A stretch of DNA of 64,000 nucleotides, taken from an uncultured Verrucomicrobiae bacterium. GTDB taxonomy: Bacteria; Verrucomicrobiota; Verrucomicrobiia; Chthoniobacterales; Chthoniobacteraceae. A program made the translations under genes and the position numbers. The stretch spans positions 512,001 through 576,000 of the forward strand of contig CAVYKI010000003.1 of NCBI GenBank assembly GCA_963769025.1, given 5' to 3'. Below the pieces are notes generated by a model that saw only the letters and a program-made list of their open reading frames with translations, was not told where the DNA came from and did not search any database. Shown one piece after another: positions 9,195 to 21,771 of the stretch. Positions within the stretch are counted from its first letter, which is position 1. Each line of letters begins with the position of its first letter.

Positions 9195-10385
9195 ATGATC
9201 ATCAAGCCGAAGATTCGTGGTTTCATCTGCATCACCGCCCATCCGGATGGCTGCGCGGCGCATGTGCGGCAGCAGGTGGATTACGTGAAGCAAAAGGGTG
9301 CGATTGCGGGTGCGCCGAAGCGCGTGCTCGTCATCGGCGCGAGCACCGGCTACGGGCTGGCTTCGCGCATCGTGCCGGCATTCGCCGGCGGCGCGGCGAC
9401 GATTGGCGTGTTTTTTGAAAAGCCCAGCGAGGCGGACCGGTGCGGCTCGGCCGGGTGGTACAATTCCGTGGCATTCGAGCGCGAGGCGCACGCCGCCGGG
9501 CTGTATGCGAAGAGCATCAACGGCGATGCATTTTCCGACGCGGTGAAAGAGCAGGTGATCGCGATGATCAAGGCCGACCTCGGCACCGTGGACGCGGTCA
9601 TCTACTCGCTTGCTTCGCCGCGGCGCACGCATCCGAAGACGGGCACCGTTCACAAGAGCACGTTGAAGCCGCTCGGGGAGGCATACACGAACAAGACGGT
9701 GGACACGGACAAGGGCACTGTGAGCGAAATCACCATCGAGCCTGCGAACGACGCGGAGATCGCGGACACGGTCGCGGTGATGGGCGGCGAGGATTGGGAG
9801 CTGTGGATGGACGCGCTTGATGCGGCGGGCGCGCTCGCGCCGGGCGTCGTCACGGTCGCCTACAGCTACATCGGGCCGGATCTCACGTGGGCGATTTATC
9901 GCAACGGCACCATTGGACGCGCGAAGGAGCATCTCGAGGAAACGGCGGATCGCATCACGGCGAAGCTCGCGAAGCACGAGGGCCACGCGTGGGTGAGCGT
10001 GAACAAGGCGCTCGTCACGCAGGCCAGCAGCGCGATTCCCGTCGTGCCGCTCTACATTTCGCTGCTCTACAAGGTGATGAAGGCAAAGGGCCTTCACGAA
10101 GGGTGCATCGAGCAGATCTACCGGCTCTTCGCCGAGCGCCTCGCGCCGTCCGCAAAGCCGCAGCCGGACGAGGAGGGGCGCATCCGCATCGATGATTGGG
10201 AAATGCGCGCCGACGTGCAGGCGGAGGTCGCGGCGCTGTGGCCAAAGCTCACGACCGAGACGCTGCCGACGCTCAGCGACATCGCCGGCTACCGCTCGGA
10301 GTTTCTCCGCCTCTTCGGCTTCGGCATCCCAGGCATCGACTACGACGCCGAGGCCGAACCGCTCCAGCCGATGCCGAGCGCGTAG
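9195..10385 (+). CDS. fabV: Enoyl-ACP/trans-2-enoyl-CoA reductase
   Basis: MIIKPKIRGFICITAHPDGC, GASTGYGLASRI, YSLASPRR, VMGGEDW and LVTQASSAIP. Confidence 0.95.
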   Translation: MIIKPKIRGFICITAHPDGCAAHVRQQVDYVKQKGAIAGAPKRVLVIGASTGYGLASRIVPAFAGGAATIGVFFEKPSEADRCGSAGWYNSVAFEREAHAAGLYAKSINGDAFSDAVKEQVIAMIKADLGTVDAVIYSLASPRRTHPKTGTVHKSTLKPLGEAYTNKTVDTDKGTVSEITIEPANDAEIADTVAVMGGEDWELWMDALDAAGALAPGVVTVAYSYIGPDLTWAIYRNGTIGRAKEHLEETADRITAKLAKHEGHAWVSVNKALVTQASSAIPVVPLYISLLYKVMKAKGLHEGCIEQIYRLFAERLAPSAKPQPDEEGRIRIDDWEMRADVQAEVAALWPKLTTETLPTLSDIAGYRSEFLRLFGFGIPGIDYDAEAEPLQPMPSA

Positions 10386-10467
10386 CCGCGGCGGCGGATT
10401 TCCCGCGCAAATCTTCCCACGGTTGCTGAGCCTCGCGGGTTCTCGTTTCACCAAACATCCCGCAGCC

Positions 10468-11784
10468 ATGACACACCGCACCGCACCGCTTTTCGTCGCC
10501 AGCCTCCTCTGCACCTCTGCATTTGCCGCTGAATGGCCGGAGTGGCGCGGCCCCGGCGGACAGGGCCACGCACCCGCCAAAAACCTGCCCGTGTCATGGA
10601 GCGACACGACCGCATTTGCGTGGAAAACCGAGATACCAGGGCGCGGGTGGTCTTCGCCCGTGATCGAGGGGAAGCAGATCTGGATGACGACCGCCATCGA
10701 GACTCCCGCTTCGCCCGAGGACGCCGCGCGCCGCCTGAAGGCAAACACCGGCGGCCAGCCGGTGACGCTTCTCGAGAAGGTGGACTTCCGCGCCGTGTGC
10801 GTGGATCGCGACACCGGCCGCATCGTGCGCGACATCCTGCTCTTCACCGAACGCGAGCCGCAGTGGGTCCACAAGATGAACAGCTACGCATCGCCGACGC
10901 CGGTCATCGAAAATGGGCGGCTCTACTGCCACTTCGGCGCCTCCGGCACCGCGTGTGTGGATGTGGAGAAAGGCGCGGTCCTCTGGAAGAACTCCGACCT
11001 CCGGGTGAACCACGAGAACGGCCCCGGAAGTTCGCCCATCGTCTGGAAGGACCTCGTGATTTTCCACCTCGACGGAAGCGACAGCCAGTTCATCGCCGCG
11101 CTCGAAAAGGCGACCGGCAAGCTCGCGTGGAAAACGGATCGCACCGGCAAGATGAACGACAATCCGCAGCTCAAGAAATCCTACGGCACGCCGCTCGTCG
11201 TCGAAGCCGGCGGAAAGCCGCAGCTCATTTCCCCGGCGGCGGACTGGCTCTACGCATACGACCCCGCGACAGGCCGCGAGCTGTGGAAGCTCCCCTACGG
11301 CCACACGGGATTTTCCATTTCGCCGCGACCGGTCGCGGGCCACGGGATGATCTACATGAGCACCGCATTCATGAAACCCGAGGTGATCGCCGTGAAATAC
11401 GAAGGCGTGAAGGAGCCGGAAATCGCGTGGCGCTATTCCAAGGGCGCGCCGAACATCCCGTCGCCGCTGCTCGTCGGCGACGAACTTTACCTCGTGAACG
11501 ACGGCGGATTCCTCACCTGCCTCGACGCGAAGACCGGCACCGAGCACTTCCGCGAGCGGCTCGGCGGCAACTACAATTCGTCCCCCATGTTTGCCGACGG
11601 GAAAATCTACATCTCCAGCCGCGAGGGGCTCACGACCATCGTGAAGCCGGGCAAGACCTTCGCGCCGGTCTCCAAGAATCAGATCTCCGGGCAGATCTAC
11701 GCCACGCCGGCGGCGCTGGACGGCGCGCTTTTCCTCCGAACGGACACGGCCATCTACCGCATCAACGCAGCCCCCGCTCCGTAG
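10468..11784 (+). CDS. PQQ-like beta-propeller (BamB/AfsK-like) secreted protein
   Basis: Signal peptide, WPEWRGPGGQG, GWSSPVI, NSYASPTP and repeated W-K propeller motifs. Confidence 0.85.
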   Translation: MTHRTAPLFVASLLCTSAFAAEWPEWRGPGGQGHAPAKNLPVSWSDTTAFAWKTEIPGRGWSSPVIEGKQIWMTTAIETPASPEDAARRLKANTGGQPVTLLEKVDFRAVCVDRDTGRIVRDILLFTEREPQWVHKMNSYASPTPVIENGRLYCHFGASGTACVDVEKGAVLWKNSDLRVNHENGPGSSPIVWKDLVIFHLDGSDSQFIAALEKATGKLAWKTDRTGKMNDNPQLKKSYGTPLVVEAGGKPQLISPAADWLYAYDPATGRELWKLPYGHTGFSISPRPVAGHGMIYMSTAFMKPEVIAVKYEGVKEPEIAWRYSKGAPNIPSPLLVGDELYLVNDGGFLTCLDAKTGTEHFRERLGGNYNSSPMFADGKIYISSREGLTTIVKPGKTFAPVSKNQISGQIYATPAALDGALFLRTDTAIYRINAAPAP

Positions 11785-11832
11785 CGCTCCCGCGTCACAA
11801 ACATCTCGGCGTTGCCCGCCGGCCAACTCCTC

Positions 11833-12387
11833 ATGTCCACGCCAAACCTGCGATCTGCCTCCACGAAAATCCGGGATGCCTTTCAGGCGTTCGCAATCGC
11901 GCTTCTGCTCGCCCTTTCGCCCGGTGCCCTGCATGCCGAGCTTCCGGATATGATCAAGCGCATGGCGGACCAGTACGACAGCTCGATGAAATCCTACGAT
12001 GTCAGCATCGAGACGCAGCAGAAGCTCGCGCGCGATGCGTATTCACGAACCCTCGAAATTGAACGGAAACGGGCTGTGGCCACCAAACGTCCGGTGGCCT
12101 TGAATGCAATCGATGCCGAGATCGCAGCATTGAAAGCCGGGCCGCTCCCTGCCCAGTCAGCCGAGGGGCTGCCTCAGACGCTTGCGACCAACAGGACCGC
12201 ATTCCTTGCCGCGATGGACCGTGCGACAATCTCCGTCGAACGCGCCCGGAGGAACGCGAGAGAGAGCTATCTCAAATGGCTCAACAATCTCGAGGCGACC
12301 GTGAAGGGCCGCGACAAGACGACCGAGGACGCGGTCGCCAGCGAGCGGAAACGCATCACTCCGGCACAGGCTAGCGACGCCAAGTAG
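11833..12387 (+). CDS. Secreted helical hypothetical protein
   Basis: Signal-like segment AFAIALLLALSPGALHA followed by a coiled-coil-like sequence. Confidence 0.6.
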   Translation: MSTPNLRSASTKIRDAFQAFAIALLLALSPGALHAELPDMIKRMADQYDSSMKSYDVSIETQQKLARDAYSRTLEIERKRAVATKRPVALNAIDAEIAALKAGPLPAQSAEGLPQTLATNRTAFLAAMDRATISVERARRNARESYLKWLNNLEATVKGRDKTTEDAVASERKRITPAQASDAK

Positions 12388-12417
12388 CATCTCTCCGGAC
12401 GGGTTTCCCGGGTAATC

Positions 12418-12440
12418 GGGCGACCCCGCGGGGGTCGCCC
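12418..12440. repeat. REP-like palindrome / possible bidirectional terminator
   Basis: GGGCGACCCC-GCG-GGGGTCGCCC perfect 10-bp stem between convergent genes. Confidence 0.65.
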
Positions 12441-12466
12441 TTCAACTACAGCCCGTCAATTCCCGC

Positions 12467-13499
<1,033 letters not shown>

Positions 13500-13578
13500 G
13501 GTGGAAGGTTGTTCGAGAGGGCGCGGAGGCTACCCTCGGGCACCTGCGAGGCAATGCGAAATTCGCCCCGCGCCGGGC

Positions 13579-14274
13579 CTACGCGTCGAGCCGGTATCCG
13601 AGTCCATGCACCGTCAGGACATGCCGCGGCTCTCCGGGTTCGTCCTCGATCTTCTGCCGCAGCTTCACGACCAGCTGATCGAGCGTGCGCGTGGTGCCGT
13701 AGTATTCGATGCCCCAGACTTCGTTCAAAATGCGATCCCGTGACACGGCGTTGCCCAGCTCGCGGTGCAGCAGCGCGAGCACGCTCAGTTCGCGCGGCGT
13801 GAGCTCGAACTTTTCCTTCCCGCGCGTGCCGCGCAGCGCTTTCGTATCGACGCGCACTTTGCCAAACTTGATCTCCTCCGGCACTTCGCTCGCGGGCGCG
13901 GTTGCAAAATCCGCACGCCGCAGCAGCGCCTGCACGCGCGCGAGAAGCTCGCGGAGCGAAAACGGCTTCGTCACGTAGTCATCCGCGCCGAGTTCGAGGC
14001 CGACGACCTTATCGATCTCCTGCCCCTTTGCGCTGAGCATGAGGATGGGCACGCGGCTCTTCGTCGCGCGGATTTCGCGGCAGATGTCGTAGCCACTCTT
14101 GCCGGGGAGCATGATGTCGAGCACGACGAGGTCGGGCTTGCGCTGCTTGAAGAGCGGCAGCGCCTCGCTGCCCGAGCAACAGTCGGTGACATCGTAGCTT
14201 TCCGCGCGCAGCGCCTCGCACAGCCCGAGCCGGATGTGGGCGTCGTCCTCGACGATCATGACGTGCTTTTTCAA
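13579..14274 (-). CDS. OmpR-family response regulator
   Basis: IVEDD, LDIMLPGKSG, GADDYVTKPF and C-terminal winged-helix TVHGLGYRL. Confidence 0.95.
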   Translation of the reverse strand: MKKHVMIVEDDAHIRLGLCEALRAESYDVTDCCSGSEALPLFKQRKPDLVVLDIMLPGKSGYDICREIRATKSRVPILMLSAKGQEIDKVVGLELGADDYVTKPFSLRELLARVQALLRRADFATAPASEVPEEIKFGKVRVDTKALRGTRGKEKFELTPRELSVLALLHRELGNAVSRDRILNEVWGIEYYGTTRTLDQLVVKLRQKIEDEPGEPRHVLTVHGLGYRLDA

Positions 14275-14413
14275 AACAGTTGAGAGTTGAGGGTTGAGAA
14301 TTGGGAGGCACTGCCAGTTCGCAAGCGCAGGCCGGTCGCCGTCCTGATCTCGATTGAACTGTGAGCGGGGAAAATTGCACGCATGGCTTCAGACAGCTTT
14401 CTACTCTCAGCAC

Positions 14414-16942
14414 TCAGCTCGTAACACTCAACTTTTCAGCCAGCGGCAGCCGCAGGGTAAACCGGCTGCCGCCGCCTTCGCGACGCTCAAATTTGATCGT
14501 GCCGCCATGCTCGTGGGCGACGCGCTGAGCGAGCGTGAGGCCGAGGCCGCTGCCCTGGATGCCGCTGTTGAGCGAATCGTGTGCGCGGTAAAACGCCTCG
14601 AAGATTTTTCGGTCGTCGCCATTCGGAACGCCCATGCCGCGGTCCATCACGGCGATGTCCACGTGGTCGTCGTCGAACCACGTGTGCAGTTCCACCTCCT
14701 TGCGCTCCGTGGAGTATTTCTCAGCATTCGAGATGAGATTCACGAGCACCTGCGCCAGCGCGTCGTCGTCGCCGAGCACGGGATACGGCCCCGGCGCTGC
14801 TTCCCAGCGGGTTGTGAAACCCGCCTCGCGCAAGTGCAGTTCCTGGCTCTCCCACACGCGCGCCACGAGCTCGTGCAAATCGAGCGGCTTCTTTTCGTAC
14901 CGCCGCTGCTTGCGCCCGATTTTCGCAAAATCGAGCACGTTGTTGATCAGCCGCGTGAGCCGCTCGGCCTCGACGGTGATGATGCGCAGATACTGGCTCT
15001 GCTTTTCCACCGGCTGCGGGCGGTCGTGCATCAGCTCGGCGAACATGCGGATGCTCGTGAGCGGCGTCTTCAGCTCGTGCGACACGTTCGAGACGAAATC
15101 CGTCTTCTGCTGCGCGAGCGCGAGCTGCCGGCGCGCATCGGCGACGACGAGCCATCCGCCAAACGCGATGAGCGCCACTGCGCCGGCGATGGTGAAAGCA
15201 AGCGTGCGCCACAATCCGCGCGCGCTGTCGGCGAGCGCCGTCGGGCTCGCGAGGTAGAGCGCCGCCTCCCAGTGCGGGAGCGCCTCGCCGATCTCGCTCG
15301 CGACGAACGGATGCTTCCACTCGCGCACCGAGGCGGACGCAGGCTGCGTCGCCGCGGGCCGCCCGCGGTCGTCCAGAAGCGCGAGCACGAATTCCGGCTG
15401 CTCATCCAGGCTCGCATAGCTGCCGCGGGAGGACGACCGCTGGCGCTCGAGCACATCCTTCCACAGGTCGTCAAAATGGCTGGCCTCGATGAGGCAGCCG
15501 AAGACCATCTCCGGCGCCTCGGGCGGGCGCAGCCAGAAGATGAGGGTCAGCTTGTCCTGCACAAAGCGCGCGACCAGCCCCTCGTCGCCCTCCTCGGTGA
15601 GGTTCCGGAATTCCGCCGTCTCCGGCATGATCGTGGACAGCGCGGCTCCGGGCGCGTTGAGAAGCTGCTGCGGCTCGACCTGGCGGTTCACCGCGGAGAG
15701 CGTGTTTTTTTCCATCTCCGCGGCCTTCTGGGCGTAGTCACGATCGGCTTCGCTCTTGCCCATTGGATCACTCGGACCCTGCAGTTTCTTCGTCGCCGTC
15801 TGCGGCATTGGTTCCGGGGCCTGCGGAGTGCTTTTCCGCGCCGCCGCCACCGTCGGCAACGGAGCGGCTGCTTGCGCTTCCTTGCGAAGCTCGCTTTCGT
15901 CCCCGGAGACGCGCGGCTGGGGTTTCGGATGCGGCGCTGCGCCACCCGCCGCCCTCTCAGCGGGCACGCGCTCCCGCTTCAGTTCATCGAGCTTCACAAC
16001 CGCCGCACCCGCGACTGGCGCACCCGCACCTCCGGGCCTTGCGGAAAGTCCCAATCCATCTTGAACCGGAGCGCTGGCCGCCGTCTCCAACCTTGCCTTC
16101 GCCCTTTCCTCCATCGGCGGTGTAGGAGCCTTTGGCGCGGCTGCGTCCATGAATGGAGTCGTGACGGGCTGCGTTTCCGCGGCTGCCAGTTTCATGGGCG
16201 CGGGAGCCAGGCCGCCCTCCGTCCGGGTGACCCGTTCCGGCCATGCTTCGGTCGCCGGTGTCATCTGGGCCTGCGCAGTCAGCCCGCGGTCAGCGCCGTC
16301 GCTTTGCTTGTCCTGCGCCAGCATTCCACCTGCATAGCCATTTGCCTTCGCCAGCTTGCCACCGCTCCCAGCGGCGGGTTTCGGATCGGATGGCACGTCC
16401 TTCCCCGCCAGTTTCATCGGGGTGTCGTCGTTCCGGTTCGCCGGGAAATCGGTGCTTGCGTAACTCTTCATCCGCGACGCATCGCCCTTGCTCCGGACCT
16501 GATTGTCACCCTGCCAGTTGTAAACGATCGCCGGCTCCGAACTGGTGAGGAACGACTTGTTGCCCAGCAAGAATTCCCGCCATTCCGGATTCTTCGACGA
16601 CGCCGTGGCCGAGGGCGAAACCAGCTTGCCGTCCTTGTTGATCGCAAATCCCACCGCCTTCACTGGCCACGCATCGGTCAGCGTATTCGTAAAATCGCGC
16701 GCAAGCGCCGCTGCATCACCCTTCGCGAGCAGCCGGTGGACCGTCTCGCCGAAGACGCGCCGTTCCGCCTCCACGGTGTCGCGCACTGCAGCCGCGAGCG
16801 ACTCGGTTTCCTTTTGGTAAAGCTCCGCCGTCCGCCGCTCAAAGACGATCTGCTGCTCCTCCGCGCTGCGCAGCGCGAGCCAGCCGAGCACGACGCTCGG
16901 CAGCAGGACCGCGAAGAGGAATATCCAGACGCTTTTTTTCAT
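14414..16942 (-). CDS. Membrane sensor histidine kinase with large extracytoplasmic region
   Basis: Two TM segments; H-box SNVSHELKTPLTSI; N-box NLISNAEKYS; G-boxes DRGMGV and GSGLGL. Confidence 0.93.
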   Translation of the reverse strand: MKKSVWIFLFAVLLPSVVLGWLALRSAEEQQIVFERRTAELYQKETESLAAAVRDTVEAERRVFGETVHRLLAKGDAAALARDFTNTLTDAWPVKAVGFAINKDGKLVSPSATASSKNPEWREFLLGNKSFLTSSEPAIVYNWQGDNQVRSKGDASRMKSYASTDFPANRNDDTPMKLAGKDVPSDPKPAAGSGGKLAKANGYAGGMLAQDKQSDGADRGLTAQAQMTPATEAWPERVTRTEGGLAPAPMKLAAAETQPVTTPFMDAAAPKAPTPPMEERAKARLETAASAPVQDGLGLSARPGGAGAPVAGAAVVKLDELKRERVPAERAAGGAAPHPKPQPRVSGDESELRKEAQAAAPLPTVAAARKSTPQAPEPMPQTATKKLQGPSDPMGKSEADRDYAQKAAEMEKNTLSAVNRQVEPQQLLNAPGAALSTIMPETAEFRNLTEEGDEGLVARFVQDKLTLIFWLRPPEAPEMVFGCLIEASHFDDLWKDVLERQRSSSRGSYASLDEQPEFVLALLDDRGRPAATQPASASVREWKHPFVASEIGEALPHWEAALYLASPTALADSARGLWRTLAFTIAGAVALIAFGGWLVVADARRQLALAQQKTDFVSNVSHELKTPLTSIRMFAELMHDRPQPVEKQSQYLRIITVEAERLTRLINNVLDFAKIGRKQRRYEKKPLDLHELVARVWESQELHLREAGFTTRWEAAPGPYPVLGDDDALAQVLVNLISNAEKYSTERKEVELHTWFDDDHVDIAVMDRGMGVPNGDDRKIFEAFYRAHDSLNSGIQGSGLGLTLAQRVAHEHGGTIKFERREGGGSRFTLRLPLAEKLSVTS

Positions 16943-17044
16943 CGTTCTGCGTCACAATATGCCCGCCGGCGACCGGCGTGTCAGGCAGGGGTGCGGAGAA
17001 TGTAAAAGAATTGTTCCGCCCCGCGCGGTGCGTCCCCGGTCCGT

Positions 17045-18457
17045 TCAGGCTTTCGCGGCGGCCGCTTCCTTCGCCGGCTTGCGGCGCAGCGAATGGCGGA
17101 CGAGCTGCGTGCCGAAATCCCAAATGGGGCCGGGGAAACGGCGGCATTCCTGCAGCACCGAATCGAGCGCGCTCACAAAACGTTCGATCTCCTTTTCGCC
17201 CGAGATGAGCGGCGGGAGGATCTTCAGCACGTCCATCGAGTGCCCGGCGATCTGCGTGAGGATGCGGTGCTTCTTGAAAAGCGTGGTGACGACCATCTGC
17301 GCGAAGAGCTCCGACTCCACCATGTGCAGGAGCTTCCAGCCCATCTTGGCGGCAAACTCCTTCGGCTGGTGAAACTCGATCGCGATCATCATGCCGAGGC
17401 CGCGCACTTCCTTGATGAGCGAGTGCTTCTCCTTCAGCGCGTCGAGGCGGCGGCGCAGTTCCTCGCCGTTCTCGCGCGCGCGCTCGACGAGCTTCTCGTC
17501 GTCCATCACCTGCAGCGTCGCGAGGCCGCACGCCATCGCGAGATTGTTGCGGCCAAAGGTGGATGAATGCACCACGCAGCGATCCAGCCGGCTGAAGGTC
17601 TTCTGGTACACCTCGCGCCGCGCGACGATCGCCGCGCACGGCACGTAGCCGCCGCTCAGCGATTTCGCGACCGTGATGATGTCCGGCTCCAGCCCCCAGT
17701 GCTCGAAGCCCCACCAGCGGCCCGTGCGGCCGAGGCCGGTCTGCACTTCGTCGCAGATGAACAGCGTGCCCGTCTCGCGGCAGAGCTGCTGCGCCTTCAC
17801 GTAAAAGTCGTCCTTCGGGAACTGCACGCCCTTGCCCTGCACCGGCTCGACGATGAATGCGGCGACGTCGCGCTTTTCGAGCTTCGCCTTGAGCGCGGCG
17901 AGGTCGCCCATCGCGATGCGCGCGCAGTTCTCGAGCAGCGGGCCAAAGCCTTCCTGAAAATGCACGTCGCCCATCACCGAGAGCGAACCGTTCGTGAGAC
18001 CGTGAAAGGCCTTCTCGATGGAGACGAGCCCCGTCCGGCCCGTCGCCGCGCGCGCAAATTTGATCGCGCCCTCCATCGCCTCGGTGCCCGAGTTGCAGAA
18101 GAAGACCGCGTTCAAATGCGGTGGCAGCTTTTTCAGCAGCGCCTCGGCGAGCAGGCCGCTGAGCAGCGAGCAATCCATCTGCACCATGTTCGGCAGATCC
18201 ATCTCCAGCACGTCGCGGATCGCCTGCTGCACGGCGGGATGGTTGCGCCCGATGTTGAAGACGCTGTAGCCGCTGAGAAAATCGAGGTAGTCGTGCCCGT
18301 CGCGATCGTAGAGATAGCGCCCCGCGCGCCCGGGCATACACGTGGTCGAAGCCGATGATCCGCTGGACGGAGACGAGCGTGGAATTCAGGTGCCGCTCGT
18401 GGAGTTCGTAGTTTTCGCCGAGACGGGTGGTGATGAGTTCTTGAGATCGAGCGGCAT
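17045..18457 (-). CDS. Class III aminotransferase, HpnO-like (5' frameshifts)
   Basis: YLDFLSGY, NSGTEAMEGAIKFAR, VEPVQGKG, DEVQTGLGRTG, AKSLSGG and VVHSSTFG; ATG at 18457. Confidence 0.85.
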
Positions 18458-18510
18458 CGGGCGCGGACTCTACGCAGGCAGGGTGACAATGCGAGCGGCT
18501 TTTCGGCGCG

Positions 18511-20021
18511 CTACTTCGCCGGGATCTCGTTCAGCGTGTAGTAGCCGACAGGGTGCAGCACAGGCCGGCCGTCGGCGGATTTCACGCCGTCGAGATGCAC
18601 CTCGTGGATGTCGCCCTGCGTGAGCTTTGTCGAAAGTCAGCCGCACGGATTTCCCGTCGGCACCGACGGTGGCCTTCGTGATTTTCGCGACTTTGCCGTC
18701 CACCTCCGGGCCGCCGTATTCCTCGCGATAGGCATAGGTGAAGGCGCGCGCCGAGTAGCTCGCGACATCGCCGGCAGTCTTCGGGTCCACGGGCTCGGTG
18801 AAGGTCAGCTCGAAGCCGTCGGGCTTCGCGCGCATCTCGTGGACTTCAAAGGGCACCTTGCCGGTCCAGTCCACGCGCTCGAATGAAAACGGCTTGCCGC
18901 CCTTCGCGCCCCAGCCGCGGTCGCTGCCGCCGGCGAAGAGTTGCCCGCGCTCGTTCATGCGTCCGCCGATGAGGCCGGACTTGAAGCCCTTGAGGAACGG
19001 AAACACGACACCCTGCTTGATGCCGTTCACCTCCTCGATGAAGACGCGCGAGAGGTTGCTGTGGCTCTGGTCGGCGATGAAGAGCTGCTTTTGAAAACGG
19101 CCCGAATTTCCCGCCGCTCAGATCGGGCACGATGAACGACGACGAGTTGCCGATTTTTCCGTGCACCATGTACACGACGGGCGGCACGAGTTCCTTGATG
19201 CGCTTGCGCTCGGCATCCATGCGACCCGGATCCGGACGGTCGGATTTTTCGCCGCGCTTCTTGCTGCCCTGGAACGCCTCCGGGATCGGTTCGACCGGAC
19301 GCGGCCCCATGTTCGGCGCGAGGTCATACCATTTGTTGCCGCCGGGGTGACCTTGGAACGATCCGGGAACGAGGTGCTGCAGCGTACACGCGCCGTGCCA
19401 CGGGCCCTGATTGTCGGTGTAATAGACCTCGTTGTCGTAGTTCACGACGATGCCGCCGGGCGAGCGCACGCCGCTGGTCGTCGGCACCATCGTGCCGTCG
19501 GGCTTCACGCGCACGCACCAGCCGCGGAACGGCACCTGGCTGCTGAATGAACCCGTGAGGCAGAGCACGACCCAGATGTCGCCATCCTTGTCGAAGCGCG
19601 AGCCGAACGAATACTCGTGGTAGTCGCCGCTCACGCCCCACTTGTCGCACACGGTGTCAAATTTGTCCGCGCGTCCGTCGCCGTCCGAGTCCTTCAGCCG
19701 CGCGACTTCGTAGCGGTTCGTCATGAATAGCGCGCCGTCCTTGTACGCGAGGCCCATCACCTCGTGCTGGCCGGATGCGAAGAGCTGATATTTCACGTTC
19801 GCCGGATCGCTGTCGGCGTTGCTCACCGTCCAGATTTCGCCGCGGCGCGTGCCGAGCGAAAGTTTGCCGTCGGGGAGCACTTCGATGGAGCTGACCTCCA
19901 TCGCCGTTTCCTTCGGCGTCTCGAAGGTGGTGATTTTGTAGTAGTCGGACTCCACCGGGTCGGCGGCGCGGACAGCCGCGGTGGCGAGGAGGATGCCGCA
20001 GAGGATTCGGAGCGTTTTCAT
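18511..20021 (-). CDS. PVC-type secreted beta-propeller / dehydrogenase-like protein (frameshifted)
   Basis: Signal peptide MKTLRILCGILLATAAVRA; DSDGDGRAD, GDYHEYSFG, GVRSPGG, TDNQG and YYTLNEIP C-terminus. Confidence 0.75.
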
Positions 20022-20055
20022 GGTCGGGAAAAATTTCGGTTTGCGGTGACTCAGT

Positions 20056-21704
20056 TCACTTCGCGTGCGCGTGCTGCCCGTGCGCGGCCGGCCACGAGTA
20101 GGAGACTTTGATTTCCGCGCGCAGCGGCACGAGCAGATCCTTGCCCGAGACCGTCGCGCCCTCCGCGGAGACTTGAACAGATTCTCGAAGTCCGCGCCCG
20201 TCGAGCGTGAGCTTCCCGCGCATTCACGGCGAAGCCGCCATTCACCGGCTTGATCGTCGCCGCTCGCCACGCGGCAGCACCGCACCTGCGGGGATTTTGC
20301 CGTCGAGCTTCAGCACGCGCACGAGACTTGCCCCTGCCCGGCGAACGCATCGCCCTCGACCTCGTAACGCTCGGCCACTTTCACGCCCTGCCACTCGTAG
20401 TGGAAGGTCGGGTAGCGCTTCGCGTCGAGTTCGTAGCCCTTCCACACGTAGCCCTCGGCGCGCTCGCCCTTCGGCACGACTCGGCCAGATGCTGCCCGGC
20501 GCGCGGATTGATGGCAAATGGCAGCGTAGCATCGCCCGCAGGGCGGATGACATCAAAGCCGAGCGGGAGCTGGGCCCCGCCGCCGCGGCCGTTCCAGTGC
20601 CGCGCCGCGTCGATGAACGCACCGCGCCACGCGACCGCGAGGCCGAAGTATTCCGCGCTCCACGCGATGTTCGCATTGCCCGGATAGCCCACGCCGATGC
20701 CGCGGTTCCCGCCGCCGGCGATGAAATTGCGATACACGAGCGGCTCCTGCGCGACCACGAGCGGCATGCCGGTCGTCTCGGCGTTTTTCTTCTTCGGTTT
20801 CGCGCGCTTCCTTCGCATGCGGGATGCACCCATTTCGAGAGCGGCGTGCTCGCAAATCCCGGGCCGCACCACGCGGCGAAAAGCTCCGCCTGCGCCCGCC
20901 GCCTGGAAGTACTCGAGGCGGAATTCGTGCACGCCCTTCTTCAGCTTCACCTTGCCCTCCGCGATCGTGCGTCGAAGGGTGGATGCCGTCGTTGCTCCAC
21001 GACCTGCTTTCCATCGACCGAGATGCGCGCCGCCGTCATCCGACGCGAGCTGGAAAACGTATTCGCCGTCCTTCGGCGCATCGAGCTTGCCGGTGAAGAC
21101 GATGCCGAACTGGTTCTTGTAATCGTCCAGCTTGAGCTGCACGAGATTGTCCTCCACCGCGCCCTCGCGGTGCGGCTTCAGCTCGGAAAAATTCGGCAGC
21201 TTCTTCCAGTCGCCGAGGTAGAGCTGGAACTTCAGATCCGTCGAGCCCCGGCCCCGGTCGCCGCCACGTTCATCTTCCCCTGCATGATCGCCGCGTGGCC
21301 CGGAAAGGTGCAGGCATACGGATAGACGCCCGGCTTCTCCGGCGCGGTGAATTCCATCGTGTCGCTCTCCTTCGGATTCAGCGGCTTCGAGTGCAGCCAG
21401 ATGCTCTTGTCGTCCGGCAGCCAGTTGCGCTTCAGCGCCTCCTCCGGCTTTTCCATCTGCTTGTTCGCCACCGCGACCACATCGGTCCCGGGCTGGAAAA
21501 AGCAGAGATTGTGCGGCATGTCGTCCTCGTTCAGCGAGGACGAGCTTCACCTTCTGCCCCGGCCGCACCTCGATGTCCGGTCACGTCGTAGCGCATCTGC
21601 GCGCGCAGCGTCTTGATGGTGATGGTCTCCACCTCCGCCGCAAAGGCGCCGGTGGCGAAAAGGCCCGCGAGGAGCGAGGGAATCGAGCGAATGATCGTGT
21701 TCAT
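20056..21704 (-). CDS. Cupredoxin (azurin-like) + PA14-domain secreted protein (several frameshifts)
   Basis: MPHNL...YPYACTFPGHAAIM type-1 copper ligands; PA14-like FTGKLDAPKDGEYVFQLASDDG...FRLEYFQ. Confidence 0.75.
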
Positions 21705-21771
21705 GGAAAGTCGGAGTGTGACGAAAAGGGCGCGGAGTCTTGGCGGGAAAGCCGCGATTTACGAGACAGGC

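Noticed and set aside
9195..10385. fabV as an acquired triclosan-resistance gene
   Set aside because: Composition matches the host and there is no mobile context; treated as housekeeping.
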